This document shows positions 45,638 to 63,444 of a DNA stretch of 64,000 nucleotides, piece by piece. This stretch comes from a virus. Lineage: Duplodnaviria; Caudoviricetes. The DNA is taken from the IMG/VR virus record IMGVR_UViG_3300042881_004206; one strand, given 5' to 3'. Each line of letters begins with the position of its first letter. Positions within the stretch are counted from its first letter, which is position 1. A model generated the notes under the pieces. That model worked only from the letters and a program-made list of their open reading frames with translations, did no database searches and had not been told where the DNA came from. A program made the position numbers and the translations under genes.

Positions 45638-47827
45638 ATGGCTAATACAGTACCAATTCTAAGTTATGCCAACACTTTTAGTGATTGGTTTGTTGCAACC
45701 AACGCATTGTCTGGTGAAAACAATCTTTTAGCCAAAGGCGATTACACCAAAGATACCGGAACATTGTATCTGAGTGAAACAACACAAAACTCATTGCAAT
45801 CCAATGGAAACATTATTGTACAAAAACAATTACTCGTACAAGGTCTAGGTTCTTCAGCAACAATTCAAAATAATTTAACTGTCGGCGGCCAAATTTATTT
45901 TACGAATACCACATTAGGTCTAGTGGCCAGTGGTCAAGCAAACATATCTGGTCCAATTTATGCATTATCACCAAATACAGGTTTAATTGTTGCAAACAAT
46001 ACAACATTACAGGGTAATTTAATTTCCATTGGTCCGGCGACCTTTGCAAATTCGGTTTCTGTTTCAAATTGGTTAAATGTTGCAAGTTGGTTGAGTGTTT
46101 CTTCCAATTCATCTTTCAGAGATTCGGTTTCTATTTTAGGACCGATGACAGTTTCAAATAATGCATCTGTTACCGGAAATGTTTTGGTTTCACAAAATTT
46201 AGGAACCTCATCTCTATCCGTTATTAACAATGCAAGTGTTGATTCATTACAGGCTAATGCTTCGGTTAATACTAGAAGTATAACAGTAACAAATAGTGGT
46301 ACAGTAAATGTATTACATGCCAATACTAGTGTAAACACCGTTATAGTATATGCAAATAGTGGTGCAGTTGTTGCCGGCGTAAATGTGGTTCCTTTTATTA
46401 CCGCATCATTCTCACACGCTAATGCAGCATACGAATCTCAAAATACTACCGGTGTATATGCTAATGCGGCTTATGCACAAGCAAATTCGGCATCTTTGTA
46501 TGCGAATGGTGCTTTCGATAGAGCAAATAGTGTCTCTGCAATAGCGAATTTAGCACTACAAACATCAAACAGTGCATTTGCTACAGCCAATTTAGCAGCA
46601 AATAATGTTAGTTTTGCTTTCAGTGCTGCAAACTCCGCATCTTTGTATGCGAATGGTGCTTTCACACAAGCCAATGCCGCTTTCACATTAGCAAATACTA
46701 TCAACACATATGTTGTAACAGTTGCCAATAATGCATTAGCAAATACAAGTGATATTATTACAGCAGGAAATTTAACAACAAGTGGCAATTTAGTTGTAAA
46801 TGGTTCCGCATCGATGTTCATTGGTGCAACCAGAGTAATTGCAGCAAACGGTTCATGGGTTGGACCAAACAGTGGTTTGATTGGAGCAACAGGCGCTGCA
46901 GGTGCTAATGGTGCTCCTGGTGCAGCAGGTTCACCTGGACCAACTGGTGCCACAGGCGCTGCGGGACCTGCAGGATCTAATGGTGCACCGGGACCCACAG
47001 GATTAACAGGGCCTGCAGGACCTGCGGGACCTACTGGACCAACAGGACCAACGGGGCCAACTGGCCCTACAGGTGCTACAGGCACAGGATCTCCAGGCCC
47101 GGCGGGACCCACAGGTTCTGCGGGACCAACAGGAGCAACTGGACCAACAGGACCAACAGGTCCATCAGGCACCTCTGGTTCTCCCGGCCCAACAGGTCCT
47201 GCTGGACCAACAGGTCCCACGGGCGCTACGGGCACTGGATCTCCAGGTCCATCTGGTCCATCTGGACCACCAGGCCCACCAGGACCCACCGGTCCTACTG
47301 GACCAACAGGCCCATCAGGTACAGGACCAACTGGTCCATCTGGCCCATCCGGACCACCAGGTCCACCAGGACCCACCGGCCCAACAGGACCAAATGGTGT
47401 AATAGGATTACCTGGACCAACTGGCCCAGCAGGTCCACCAGGACCTACCGGCCCTACTGGACCAACAGGCCCAACAGGAAATCCTTTTGGTGGTGGAACA
47501 TTTACAGGTAGCATAGGTGTACAGGGCAACATTTACGCCACAGGTGAAATTACTGCGTTTTCGGATGAAAGACTGAAAACTAATATTACAGAGATACAAA
47601 ATGCATTGGAAAAAGTGAATAATCTTAGAGGTATATTCTTCAATAGAAAAGATGATGAAATCCGAAGCGTTGGTGTAATTGCTCAAGAGGTAGAAAAAAT
47701 ACTACCAGAAGCAGTAAGACAAACTGAAAATGGATATATGGCTGTGAGTTATGGTAACATGGTTGGTTTATTGATTGAAGCGATTAAAGAGTTGAAAAAA
47801 GAAATAGAAGAATTGAAACAAAAATAA
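45638..47827 (+). CDS. tail fibre with collagen-like stalk and C-terminal S74 intramolecular chaperone
   Basis: ANTFSDW N-terminus, about 200 aa of Gly-[12 protein letters not shown]...GVIAQEVE...[15 protein letters not shown]. Confidence 0.88.
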   Translation: MANTVPILSYANTFSDWFVATNALSGENNLLAKGDYTKDTGTLYLSETTQNSLQSNGNIIVQKQLLVQGLGSSATIQNNLTVGGQIYFTNTTLGLVASGQANISGPIYALSPNTGLIVANNTTLQGNLISIGPATFANSVSVSNWLNVASWLSVSSNSSFRDSVSILGPMTVSNNASVTGNVLVSQNLGTSSLSVINNASVDSLQANASVNTRSITVTNSGTVNVLHANTSVNTVIVYANSGAVVAGVNVVPFITASFSHANAAYESQNTTGVYANAAYAQANSASLYANGAFDRANSVSAIANLALQTSNSAFATANLAANNVSFAFSAANSASLYANGAFTQANAAFTLANTINTYVVTVANNALANTSDIITAGNLTTSGNLVVNGSASMFIGATRVIAANGSWVGPNSGLIGATGAAGANGAPGAAGSPGPTGATGAAGPAGSNGAPGPTGLTGPAGPAGPTGPTGPTGPTGPTGATGTGSPGPAGPTGSAGPTGATGPTGPTGPSGTSGSPGPTGPAGPTGPTGATGTGSPGPSGPSGPPGPPGPTGPTGPTGPSGTGPTGPSGPSGPPGPPGPTGPTGPNGVIGLPGPTGPAGPPGPTGPTGPTGPTGNPFGGGTFTGSIGVQGNIYATGEITAFSDERLKTNITEIQNALEKVNNLRGIFFNRKDDEIRSVGVIAQEVEKILPEAVRQTENGYMAVSYGNMVGLLIEAIKELKKEIEELKQK

Positions 47828-47834
47828 ACTCAAG

Positions 47835-47861
47835 GACCCCACCAATAAATAAGGTGGGGTC
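47835..47861 (+). promoter_or_regulatory. GC-rich hairpin with a late-promoter motif in its loop
   Basis: GACCCCACC-AATAAATAA-GGTGGGGTC. Confidence 0.55.
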
Positions 47862-47880
47862 TTAAAATCAGGAACTTATT

Positions 47881-48222
47881 ATGCCAGCAGGATACGCAGA
47901 TCAATTTATAGAACAGGGCACAACTTTTACCAGCGACCTTACACTTGATGATGTTAATGGTAACAGTTATAATCTAACTGGCTTTTCGGTCAGTAGTCAA
48001 GCACGCCGTTCCTATTATTCTACGAATCCAACAATAGTTTTTAATGCATCAATTGTTGATGCTAGTAATGGTGTAATTCGTTTAACAGCTAATTCGGCTG
48101 TAACATCAAATGTTAAACCTGGAAAATTAGTGTATGATGTTCGACTAATAGAAAATTCTTCAAACAATGTAACAAGAATACTAGAAGGACAAATTTTTGT
48201 TTCTCCTGCTGTAACCAGATAA
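47881..48222 (+). CDS. small Ig-like fibre-associated structural protein
   Basis: IEQGTTF, YNLTG, ARRSYYS, YDV, RILEG.I.VSP.VT. Confidence 0.7.
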   Translation: MPAGYADQFIEQGTTFTSDLTLDDVNGNSYNLTGFSVSSQARRSYYSTNPTIVFNASIVDASNGVIRLTANSAVTSNVKPGKLVYDVRLIENSSNNVTRILEGQIFVSPAVTR

Positions 48223-48236
48223 AGTAAAGGCAAGAG

Positions 48237-49442
48237 ATGCCAACGAAGATTACGGTCACAAATCCACAACCAATAACAGTCAAAGTAGACTCGGGTAAAG
48301 ACCAAGTAGTCCATAGCACGACCACCTTTTTAGGTTCTGCAAACAATTTCTTTTCCAATACTGGTGGAACAGTAACTGGTAATATTATAATTGAAGGTAC
48401 AACATTTACCGGAAATATATTACCTAGATCCGATCAAGTTTATAATATTGGATCGCCGACACTTAGATATAAAACACTATTCATTGCGGCGAATACGATA
48501 GACCTTGGTGGTGGAACAATCTCCGCCAATGGTAATACGATGGTATTGAGTTCCCCATCAGGCGGAACAATGTTTTTTAATGCGCCAGCAAATACAACAA
48601 TCGATGCCGGCGCAGGTGAAAGAGCAGAAGACACAGCAAACACAGCCTACTCATTATCTGTTGGAGCATATTATTACTCTGGTGAAGCAATTGCAACATC
48701 AAATACAGCTATCAACACAGCGAATACTGCGCTCGATTCTTCAAACGCAGCGTTCAGTACTGCAAATACAGCTTATGATCTAGGCCTTGGTGGTTATTAT
48801 TACTCGGCTGCGGCACTGACTACTGCAAATGGCGCCATCGAAACGGCAAATGCTGCAGCAAATACAGCAAATACATCATATGATATTGCTGCAGGCTCTT
48901 ATTATTACGCAGCAACCGCTTACATAACGGCAAATGAAGCATTTGTAACCGCACAGACGGCCACAATCGATGCACAAACTGCTATCATAACTGCGCAAAC
49001 AGCAGAAATAACCGCACAAACCGCTATTGACGCTGCAAATTTGGCGTTGGCGATTGCAAACAGTATTGTTTTAACTAATTATGTACAGAGAATTGGTGAT
49101 ACAATATTGGGACCTTTGGTTTTCTTAGGTGAACCAACGGCAAACCTACAAATTGGTAATATTCAGAGTGCAAATGGCATAGATTTATATGCACAAAACA
49201 CAGGATATGCACAAGTAAACTATTCCAATATACACTTTGTCACCACAAATTCTTTTGGAACTCTGATACAGACGCAAAATAGTGCAATAAATTTGGATTC
49301 GAATAACAAAACAATCGATTTAATTTCCGAAAACGAAATAAATGTTAACGTTAATAATTTTAGTGCAATAACGGTCTATCCGAATAACGACATTTATCTC
49401 AGAGGATCTATTTCGGCCACAGTTGACGGTGGCAATTTTTAA
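48237..49442 (+). CDS. fibre protein with Ala/Thr/Asn heptad stalk
   Basis: YNIGSPTLRYK module, ANTA/AQTA repeats, C-terminal DGGNF. Confidence 0.7.
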   Translation: MPTKITVTNPQPITVKVDSGKDQVVHSTTTFLGSANNFFSNTGGTVTGNIIIEGTTFTGNILPRSDQVYNIGSPTLRYKTLFIAANTIDLGGGTISANGNTMVLSSPSGGTMFFNAPANTTIDAGAGERAEDTANTAYSLSVGAYYYSGEAIATSNTAINTANTALDSSNAAFSTANTAYDLGLGGYYYSAAALTTANGAIETANAAANTANTSYDIAAGSYYYAATAYITANEAFVTAQTATIDAQTAIITAQTAEITAQTAIDAANLALAIANSIVLTNYVQRIGDTILGPLVFLGEPTANLQIGNIQSANGIDLYAQNTGYAQVNYSNIHFVTTNSFGTLIQTQNSAINLDSNNKTIDLISENEINVNVNNFSAITVYPNNDIYLRGSISATVDGGNF

Positions 49443-49448
49443 TAAATA
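49441..49448 (+). promoter_or_regulatory. late promoter variant
   Basis: AATAAATA upstream of ATG 49482. Confidence 0.45.
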
Positions 49449-49481
49449 ACAATATAAAACTTCATCAATTGAGGAACAAAA

Positions 49482-51122
49482 ATGGCAAATACCAACATCA
49501 GAATTAAACGCTCACTATCAACAGGTGTACCGTCATCGTTGTTAGCGGGCGAATTGGCATACTCCTATCAGTCCAATACGATTTTCATCGGTTCTCCGGA
49601 TGGTAATGGTGTTGTTAATGTTGGTGGTCAATACTATACCTCACAAATTGATAATGCAACAGATACAAATATTGGAAATACTCTTGTTCGTAGAGATGCT
49701 TCCGGTAATGTTTCTTTCAATTATATTACCGCAAATATTATTGGTAGCATAATTGGTAACTCCAATTCTGCAACACAACTCTTAGTTCCTAGAGACTTCT
49801 CAATAAGTGGCGGAGACATTTCCGCCAATGCTGTATCTTTTGATGGTACAAGCAATGTAGTTCTTAATGCTTCTTTAGATCCTGTATCAGGTTTAACAGC
49901 CGGTGTTTATGGTGGAGCAACCGCAATACCAGTTGTAACTGTGGCCGCCAACGGTCGTGTAATGGCGATTGCAAACACCGTAGTCGCGACCTCTTTCACG
50001 ATTTCAGGCAATACAGGAACAGATACATTTAATGGTGGTGAAACACTATCATTCTTGGGTAATGGATCAGGTGTCGTAACAGCAGTATCGAACGGTCAAG
50101 TTGTATTTGGTACTGATACTACAGTTGTTCGTTCCAATACAGTAATCTCGAAACAGACAATTGATGGTGATGTTGAGATCAGTGGTAACCTGATTGTTCT
50201 AGGTACTGAAACAATCATTAATGTCGATACATTGAATATTGCTGACCCATTACTATTCTTAGCATCAAATAATTCAGCTGATATTGTTGATATTGGTTTT
50301 GTTGGTCACTATAATGACGGATCAGATCGACATGCTGGTGTTATTCGCCACGCCGGAACAAAAGAATTCTATGTCTTTGATCACTACAATGTGGAGCCCA
50401 GCGGTAATGTCATTGACCTTGCAAACAATGATTTCAGAACCGCAAATGTTAATGCTGGTTACTTCAAGGGTAATTTAATTGCAGGTTCAATTACTGTTAG
50501 TAACCTGTCAGTCAGCACACCACTAGGTGTTCCAAGTGGCGGTACAGGTCAATCGTCATTTACAGCAGGACAAATTTTACTTGGTGATGGCACCAATTCA
50601 GTCAAACAACTTGCGAATGTAAGTGCAGTCAATTCATCGTTATCTGCAAATGCAACTGTTTCGAATCTGACAACAGATGTTTATGGTCGTGTAACATCAT
50701 TTACCACACAAGCAATTTCTGGACTGACTACCAGCCAAGGTGGTACAGGCCAAAGTTCATTCACTAGTGGTGCTATTCTTATCGGTAACGGAAGTGGCGC
50801 TCTAGAAACATTATCAAATACAACATTTGTTGCAACTGGAACAGGCGCATCGAACAGCACAATTACATCAGTAACAGTTGATGCATACGGAAGATTTACG
50901 GCAGCCACATTTACTGCAATTTCTGGATTGACTACTGCACAAGGTGGTACAGGACAAAATACATTCACAACAAATGGCATGTTGTATGGAAATGCTTCAG
51001 GACCATTACAAGTTACCGCAGCAGCAGGCACTTCAGATCAAACATTCTCAAATCAAATTATGACAGTCACAAATGCTGGTGTTCCCGTATGGTCAACCAC
51101 ACTTGATGGTGGTCAATTCTAA
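49482..51122 (+). CDS. fibre protein with Mtd-N-terminal-like domain
   Basis: IRIKRS...GELAYSY, GGTGQSSFT and VTVDAYGR repeats, C-terminal DGGQF. Confidence 0.7.
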   Translation: MANTNIRIKRSLSTGVPSSLLAGELAYSYQSNTIFIGSPDGNGVVNVGGQYYTSQIDNATDTNIGNTLVRRDASGNVSFNYITANIIGSIIGNSNSATQLLVPRDFSISGGDISANAVSFDGTSNVVLNASLDPVSGLTAGVYGGATAIPVVTVAANGRVMAIANTVVATSFTISGNTGTDTFNGGETLSFLGNGSGVVTAVSNGQVVFGTDTTVVRSNTVISKQTIDGDVEISGNLIVLGTETIINVDTLNIADPLLFLASNNSADIVDIGFVGHYNDGSDRHAGVIRHAGTKEFYVFDHYNVEPSGNVIDLANNDFRTANVNAGYFKGNLIAGSITVSNLSVSTPLGVPSGGTGQSSFTAGQILLGDGTNSVKQLANVSAVNSSLSANATVSNLTTDVYGRVTSFTTQAISGLTTSQGGTGQSSFTSGAILIGNGSGALETLSNTTFVATGTGASNSTITSVTVDAYGRFTAATFTAISGLTTAQGGTGQNTFTTNGMLYGNASGPLQVTAAAGTSDQTFSNQIMTVTNAGVPVWSTTLDGGQF

Positions 51123-51165
51123 TGTAACTATATAATCTATATCATCTTTATAATAGGAGTTTGAA

Positions 51166-51798
51166 ATGGCAGCAAATGAAAAATATCTTAATTATTATAT
51201 CGAGACATTAACTACCACATTAACAGATTGTGTGGTACGAAATGTCTCGATGCAGGCAAATGCTAGAATTTCTGAAGAAGTTATTGGTGATTTACAACAA
51301 AAAGTTGAAGAATTGCAAGGTATTCTAAGTTCTTCTAAAGAATCAAGTGAAACGACAATAACACAATATTCCAATGAAATTAAAAAATTATCAACTGAAA
51401 TTAATGAACTTAAAATAATTAGAAATCAATATGAAAATGTAAAAAGTGAGGCGGCACATGTTGAGACTTTTAGAAATGAATTGGTAAAAGAACGTGAAGC
51501 ACACCAATCAACACGAAATGAATTACAAGTAAAAGTAAATAACATTACAAATGACTTCAACAACAGAATTAATAAGTTGAATAGTGAACAAAATGATAAA
51601 TTAAATTCTTTGAATAAAGAACATAACGAAAAATTGAATAAAACAATTTCCAAACACAAAGAGGAAATTAAAGCTCTTAATGATCGAATTGCTTATCTTG
51701 AAATGTCTCCTGCCAAGAGAAAAAAGTTTGACTTGATGAATGCTAAACCTACAGTTGAAGAAACTGAAGAAGAAAACAAGGACGGCGGAGTTTTTTAA
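51166..51798 (+). CDS. coiled-coil protein
   Basis: Long heptad K/E/N-rich helix; GGAG RBS. Confidence 0.7.
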   Translation: MAANEKYLNYYIETLTTTLTDCVVRNVSMQANARISEEVIGDLQQKVEELQGILSSSKESSETTITQYSNEIKKLSTEINELKIIRNQYENVKSEAAHVETFRNELVKEREAHQSTRNELQVKVNNITNDFNNRINKLNSEQNDKLNSLNKEHNEKLNKTISKHKEEIKALNDRIAYLEMSPAKRKKFDLMNAKPTVEETEEENKDGGVF

Positions 51799-51802
51799 TT
51801 AA

Positions 51803-53068
51803 ATGCCTACAGCAATCACTAATACAGCTATACAACTAAAAAAGTCAGGAAGTTCAGGCAACACACCAGCAAACTTAAATTATGGTGAACTTGCTATCAA
51901 CTATGCTGATGGTAAGCTGTTTTATAAAAATTTATTAAACAACATTGATTTTATTGAAAATCAAGATACTTTCAATACTATCAATGCGAACTCCACATTA
52001 GTAATTTCCACATCACCAACTGATGTACTATCTCTTGCCGCTGGGCCTGGCATATTAATTGATGCGAATGCCAGCAGTAAAACAATAACACTCTCATCTA
52101 CTGGCGGTTCAGCCGGTTCGTATGCAAATGCAGCTTTCTTACAGGCAAATGCAGCATATGGTTTAGCAAATACTTTAGCTTCCGGTTCTGTTGATACTTA
52201 TGCAAGACCACACGCAAATGCGGCTTTCAACAGAGCGAATAACTCAGTACTGAAAACTGGCGATACAATGACGGGTGATTTGCTGATGAACACAGCAAAC
52301 ATCGAAGTCAAGTATATAATTGTTGAAAATACATTATATTCCGGTCTTGCAACTAGAGGTCATACACCACTACCAAATTTAATTGCTCAATTTACTGGCA
52401 ATGTTTCTTCATATGTTCAGGTCAATGCACAAAATATTGACGAACACGGATCAGCAGATTATGTTATCACGGCAGATGTTGGTACTGATGAAACATTTTA
52501 TTTGGACCTTGGACTACACAGTTCACAGTTAACAGAAGGTACGATTTATCCTCTTGATGGTTATCTTTATGTGCAAGGTAACACCAGTCAATTAGGTGGA
52601 AACTTAATTATTGGTACCACATCCGATACACCTGGCATTCAAACAAGAATTGTTGCAGGTGGATATGATGAACAAAATGTAGTCATCACAATTGATCCCG
52701 ACAATACAACTGTTAAAAATAAATTAAAAGTTAATGCTGCGCTGTCGGTTAATACCAGTACACTCACTTCAATATCATATACCTCATCAAATACAAATCA
52801 AGTAATAGTTGATAGATTTTTAACATCAGAATTTAGAAGTGCTAAATATGATGTACAGTTAACAAACGGATCAAATTATCATGTGTTTGAAGTCAGAGTT
52901 TTACAAGATGGAAGTTCTGCATTCATAACACAGTATGGTGAAATATTTACGAGCACAAGACTGGGTAATGTGGATGCTTCTTGTTCCGGTGGTTATTTAA
53001 ATCTTTTATTTCAACCTGATGCGTCACCAACAACAATCAAATTATTGAGGACTGCTATCGCAACATAA
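51803..53068 (+). CDS. fibre protein with Mtd-N-terminal-like domain
   Basis: IQLKKS...GELAINYADGKLFYK; C-terminal FRSAKY...QYGEI module. Confidence 0.7.
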   Translation: MPTAITNTAIQLKKSGSSGNTPANLNYGELAINYADGKLFYKNLLNNIDFIENQDTFNTINANSTLVISTSPTDVLSLAAGPGILIDANASSKTITLSSTGGSAGSYANAAFLQANAAYGLANTLASGSVDTYARPHANAAFNRANNSVLKTGDTMTGDLLMNTANIEVKYIIVENTLYSGLATRGHTPLPNLIAQFTGNVSSYVQVNAQNIDEHGSADYVITADVGTDETFYLDLGLHSSQLTEGTIYPLDGYLYVQGNTSQLGGNLIIGTTSDTPGIQTRIVAGGYDEQNVVITIDPDNTTVKNKLKVNAALSVNTSTLTSISYTSSNTNQVIVDRFLTSEFRSAKYDVQLTNGSNYHVFEVRVLQDGSSAFITQYGEIFTSTRLGNVDASCSGGYLNLLFQPDASPTTIKLLRTAIAT

Positions 53069-53084
53069 GTGAAAGTGAAATATT

Positions 53085-53657
53085 ATGAAAGGTGAATGGT
53101 GTTATTTTAAAAGTTATTTTTCTCCGGAAACTTGCAATCAAATTTTAAATTTAGGTCTACAACTACCTAAACAAAACGCAACCCTTGGTGTCGAGGGCAA
53201 AAGTGTAGACACCCAATACAGAAAAAGCCAAACAAGATTTATATTAAAAGAACATCGACAATTTAATTTTTTGTTTGATGAGATGTGGAAAATGGCTATC
53301 AAAGCAAATGAAGATTGGTTTGGTTTTCATGTCACAAAAATAGATTATATACAATTGGCAGAATATGATTCTGCTTATCAAGGTGAATATAAAAAACACC
53401 ATGATGTTTTCTGGATCAATAACGATCCAGTTTATCACCGAAAATTAACAGCCGTTGTTCAATTAACGGATCCTTCTGATTATGATGGTGGAGATTTTGA
53501 AGTTTACGATGCAAATTTCTATCCAAATAAAGAAGAAATCCGCGAACAAGGTACTGTAATTTTTATTCCTTCTTTTATGCCACATGCCGCATTACCTGTA
53601 ACCAAAGGTGTGCGGCATAGTTTGGCTTGTTGGTTTGATGGTCCAAAGTGGAGATGA
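53085..53657 (+). CDS. 2OG-Fe(II) oxygenase (prolyl-hydroxylase/PKHD-like)
   Basis: HHD (HxD), RKLTAVVQL, YDGGDF, PH, RHSLACW. Confidence 0.9.
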   Translation: MKGEWCYFKSYFSPETCNQILNLGLQLPKQNATLGVEGKSVDTQYRKSQTRFILKEHRQFNFLFDEMWKMAIKANEDWFGFHVTKIDYIQLAEYDSAYQGEYKKHHDVFWINNDPVYHRKLTAVVQLTDPSDYDGGDFEVYDANFYPNKEEIREQGTVIFIPSFMPHAALPVTKGVRHSLACWFDGPKWR

Positions 53658-53658
53658 T

Positions 53659-54789
53659 ATGAGATTCCATATATTAGGTTTGCCCCATACAGTTACTTCA
53701 AAAGAATATAATGCATGTGCATACACTCAAAAGGTGTGGAAATTTGGTAAAATGATGACCAATTTAGGCCATGAAGTCATACACTATGGCCATGAAGAAT
53801 CAGATTTACAATGCACAGAACATGTAACTGTTACAACAAATGAGGACCTTAAAAAAGCTTATGGTTCTTATGACTGGCGCAAAAACTTTTTTAAATTTGA
53901 TACAGGCGACCATGCTTATCAAACATTTTATGCAAATGCAATTAGAGAAGTGGGTAAAAGAAAAAAGAAAAACGATTTTATTTTACCATTTTGGGGTTCA
54001 GGTGTCAGACCAGTTTGTGATGCACATCCAGATTTAATTACTGTTGAACCTGGAATTGGATATGCTGGTGGGCATTGGGCAAGGTTTAAAATATTTGAGT
54101 CTTATGCAATCTTTCATGCATACTATGGACTGAATTCTGTTGGTACATGTATGCAAGATTGGTATGATGTTGTAATACCAAACTATTTTGATCCTGATGA
54201 CTTTGTTTTCAACGATAAAAAAGAAGATTATTTTCTATTTTTAGGTCGCGTGTATGAGGGTAAAGGTGTAAACATTGCAGTACAAGCAACGGAAGCTATT
54301 GGTGCTAAACTAATTATTGCTGGGCAAAATTCACTTAAACAAATGGGTTATCCTGCAATACCATCTCATGTAACAGAAATTGGATATGCAGATGTGAACA
54401 AAAGAAAAGAACTAATGTCAAAAGCCAAAGGCGCATTTGTAGCTTCACTATATAATGAACCATTTGGTGGTGTTCAGATGGAGATGTTGTTCTCAGGAAC
54501 TCCAACAATTACCACCGATTGGGGAAGTTTTACAGAAAATAATATTCATGGTGTAACTGGTTATCGTTGCAGAACATTTGAACAATTCACTTGGGCTGCA
54601 AAAAATATTGATAAAATTGATCCTAAAAACTGTAGGAAGTGGGCTGAAAACTTCACATTGGAAAAAGTTGGAAGAATGTATGAAGAATATTTTCAGTCAG
54701 TATTGAATGTGTTTACAGGCAATGGTTGGTATGAAATAAATCCTATGAGAAATGATTTAAATTGGCTGAGTAAGAATGTTTCACTTTGA
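53659..54789 (+). CDS. GT4 (GT-B) glycosyltransferase
   Basis: FLFLGRV..GKG, EPFGGVQME (EX7E), GTPTITTDWG; start MRFHIL at 53659. Confidence 0.9.
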   Translation: MRFHILGLPHTVTSKEYNACAYTQKVWKFGKMMTNLGHEVIHYGHEESDLQCTEHVTVTTNEDLKKAYGSYDWRKNFFKFDTGDHAYQTFYANAIREVGKRKKKNDFILPFWGSGVRPVCDAHPDLITVEPGIGYAGGHWARFKIFESYAIFHAYYGLNSVGTCMQDWYDVVIPNYFDPDDFVFNDKKEDYFLFLGRVYEGKGVNIAVQATEAIGAKLIIAGQNSLKQMGYPAIPSHVTEIGYADVNKRKELMSKAKGAFVASLYNEPFGGVQMEMLFSGTPTITTDWGSFTENNIHGVTGYRCRTFEQFTWAAKNIDKIDPKNCRKWAENFTLEKVGRMYEEYFQSVLNVFTGNGWYEINPMRNDLNWLSKNVSL

Positions 54790-54795
54790 TAGATA

Positions 54796-54803
54796 GATAA
54801 ATA
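54796..54803 (+). promoter_or_regulatory. late promoter variant upstream of giant fibre
   Basis: GATAAATA, then GGGG RBS and TTG start. Confidence 0.45.
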
Positions 54804-54833
54804 GTTAATACAATAATAACAAGGGGAAAGTGA

Positions 54834-61835
<7,002 letters not shown>

Positions 61836-61836
61836 A

Positions 61837-62208
61837 ATGGCAGAGCCAAATATAGTCAATGTAACAACAATTTATGCTAGAACAATTGGGACACAGTTAA
61901 CTACTAATAATATGACTACTGTGTTCAACAATCCTGCCGGATCTGGAAAAGTTAGCAAAATCAATACATTAAATGCATCAAATTTTTCAAATGCCACAGT
62001 AACACTCACAGTGTCCTATTATACGGCTGCGAATGTTGGCGGAACAGGTTTTCGAATTCTCGGTGAAGTAACAATTCCTGCTTATAGCACATTAAATGTT
62101 ATTGATAAAGGAACACAATATTACATCGAAGAAGACCGTAGCCTTGGTTCACAAGCTTCAACAGCAAACTCTGTGGTGATAACAGCCAGTTATGAGGATA
62201 TAAGTTAA
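61837..62208 (+). CDS. small fibre-associated structural protein
   Basis: MAEPNIVNVTTIY...GKVSKIN...YIEED.SL; GGAGG RBS, start at 61837. Confidence 0.7.
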   Translation: MAEPNIVNVTTIYARTIGTQLTTNNMTTVFNNPAGSGKVSKINTLNASNFSNATVTLTVSYYTAANVGGTGFRILGEVTIPAYSTLNVIDKGTQYYIEEDRSLGSQASTANSVVITASYEDIS

Positions 62209-63398
62209 TGGTAAAAAGATTTTCTGGCGGAATAATACCACAAGTTGGTTTACCTTCTGCTGGTCGCGCATTTTGGAATCTAAGCGATCAATATGTAAAC
62301 TCAATTAAAGGGCTTTGGCCAGCCAATATAGCTAAAACTGGCAATACCTGGATTTTGACTGGTATTGGTGCTGTTTCGGGGCTTACTGAGCTGAGAACCA
62401 GTATGTCGAGTTTAGTCTACAGCAATTTATCTAGTTCAGGTTTTCTTAAATATAAAATAAAAACTGGAACATCCACATCTAAAGACATAACTGTAGCCTA
62501 CGAAAAATCTAATAGTAACACATCATTTACTCAATCAGCATTTTCTCTATTATCAAACACATTTCAATACACTACAAGTGCATCAAGTATATTACTTTAT
62601 TCCAATGACGATCATGATAGTTTAGCAATGGATGCCGATGGTAGAGGAATAGTAGCAAGAAGTCAACAAACTGCTGTTAACAGTGGATCATGGGATAAAT
62701 TTCAAGGAACAACTGAAGTAACACTTAATTCCGCACTGAGTAGTGTGGCTACTTATAATCCAGATTTTATATCTGGAACTCAAATTGGAACTTTAATTTC
62801 ATTCCCATTGGTCACTGGAGGAGTTTGGATTAACTTATCTTTAGCAACGTACAAAGTAAACAATTTCAGTTCGGCGATTCTTCCACCCGCAGTAAATATT
62901 GGTTCTGCAGGTCCAGGAAATAGCTTATATACAATTTCTGACGGCGTAAATCAGTTTATTATTGGTAGATTTGGTAGTACGTCAGCTTGGAGACTTGAGG
63001 TAAATTTTGAAACTGGCACATTAACAGTATTAGACTCAATCACTTATGCCGCTGCACCTGCAATGGCCAATGCTACCGAAGAAGATGCATTTGGAACTCA
63101 ATTATTTACTGTGGATAATAGAGTCACATTTTTGAATGGAGTAAATTATTATTATGGAGGAACAAATAATTGGACATCCACAGTTGATTGGAGTTCAATC
63201 ACAGGTAAATCATCTGCTACTGCGGGCACATCTAGCACACAAACTGGTATGGATGGAATGTCATCAGTTGGTACAGATCGATATGTATGGATAGCAGATT
63301 GGGGTCATGATGATGGTGGATTGTTTGGCATAGGTAACGATGATAGGTTAAATACTAGGAAATCAAATATAATTATGATACCGGAAGATTATGTTTAA
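62208..63398 (+). CDS. putative receptor-binding/adhesin protein
   Basis: MVKRFSGGII N-terminus; S/T/G-rich beta-type body; follows fibre genes. Confidence 0.5.
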   Translation: MVKRFSGGIIPQVGLPSAGRAFWNLSDQYVNSIKGLWPANIAKTGNTWILTGIGAVSGLTELRTSMSSLVYSNLSSSGFLKYKIKTGTSTSKDITVAYEKSNSNTSFTQSAFSLLSNTFQYTTSASSILLYSNDDHDSLAMDADGRGIVARSQQTAVNSGSWDKFQGTTEVTLNSALSSVATYNPDFISGTQIGTLISFPLVTGGVWINLSLATYKVNNFSSAILPPAVNIGSAGPGNSLYTISDGVNQFIIGRFGSTSAWRLEVNFETGTLTVLDSITYAAAPAMANATEEDAFGTQLFTVDNRVTFLNGVNYYYGGTNNWTSTVDWSSITGKSSATAGTSSTQTGMDGMSSVGTDRYVWIADWGHDDGGLFGIGNDDRLNTRKSNIIMIPEDYV

Positions 63399-63444
63399 AT
63401 TTTTCAGAAAGAAACTAATACTGATATTTAAAAGAGATTAACAA

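Noticed and set aside
49482-53068. Diversity-generating retroelement suggested by Mtd-like N-termini
   Set aside because: No reverse transcriptase and no adenine-specific template/variable repeat pair seen in the window
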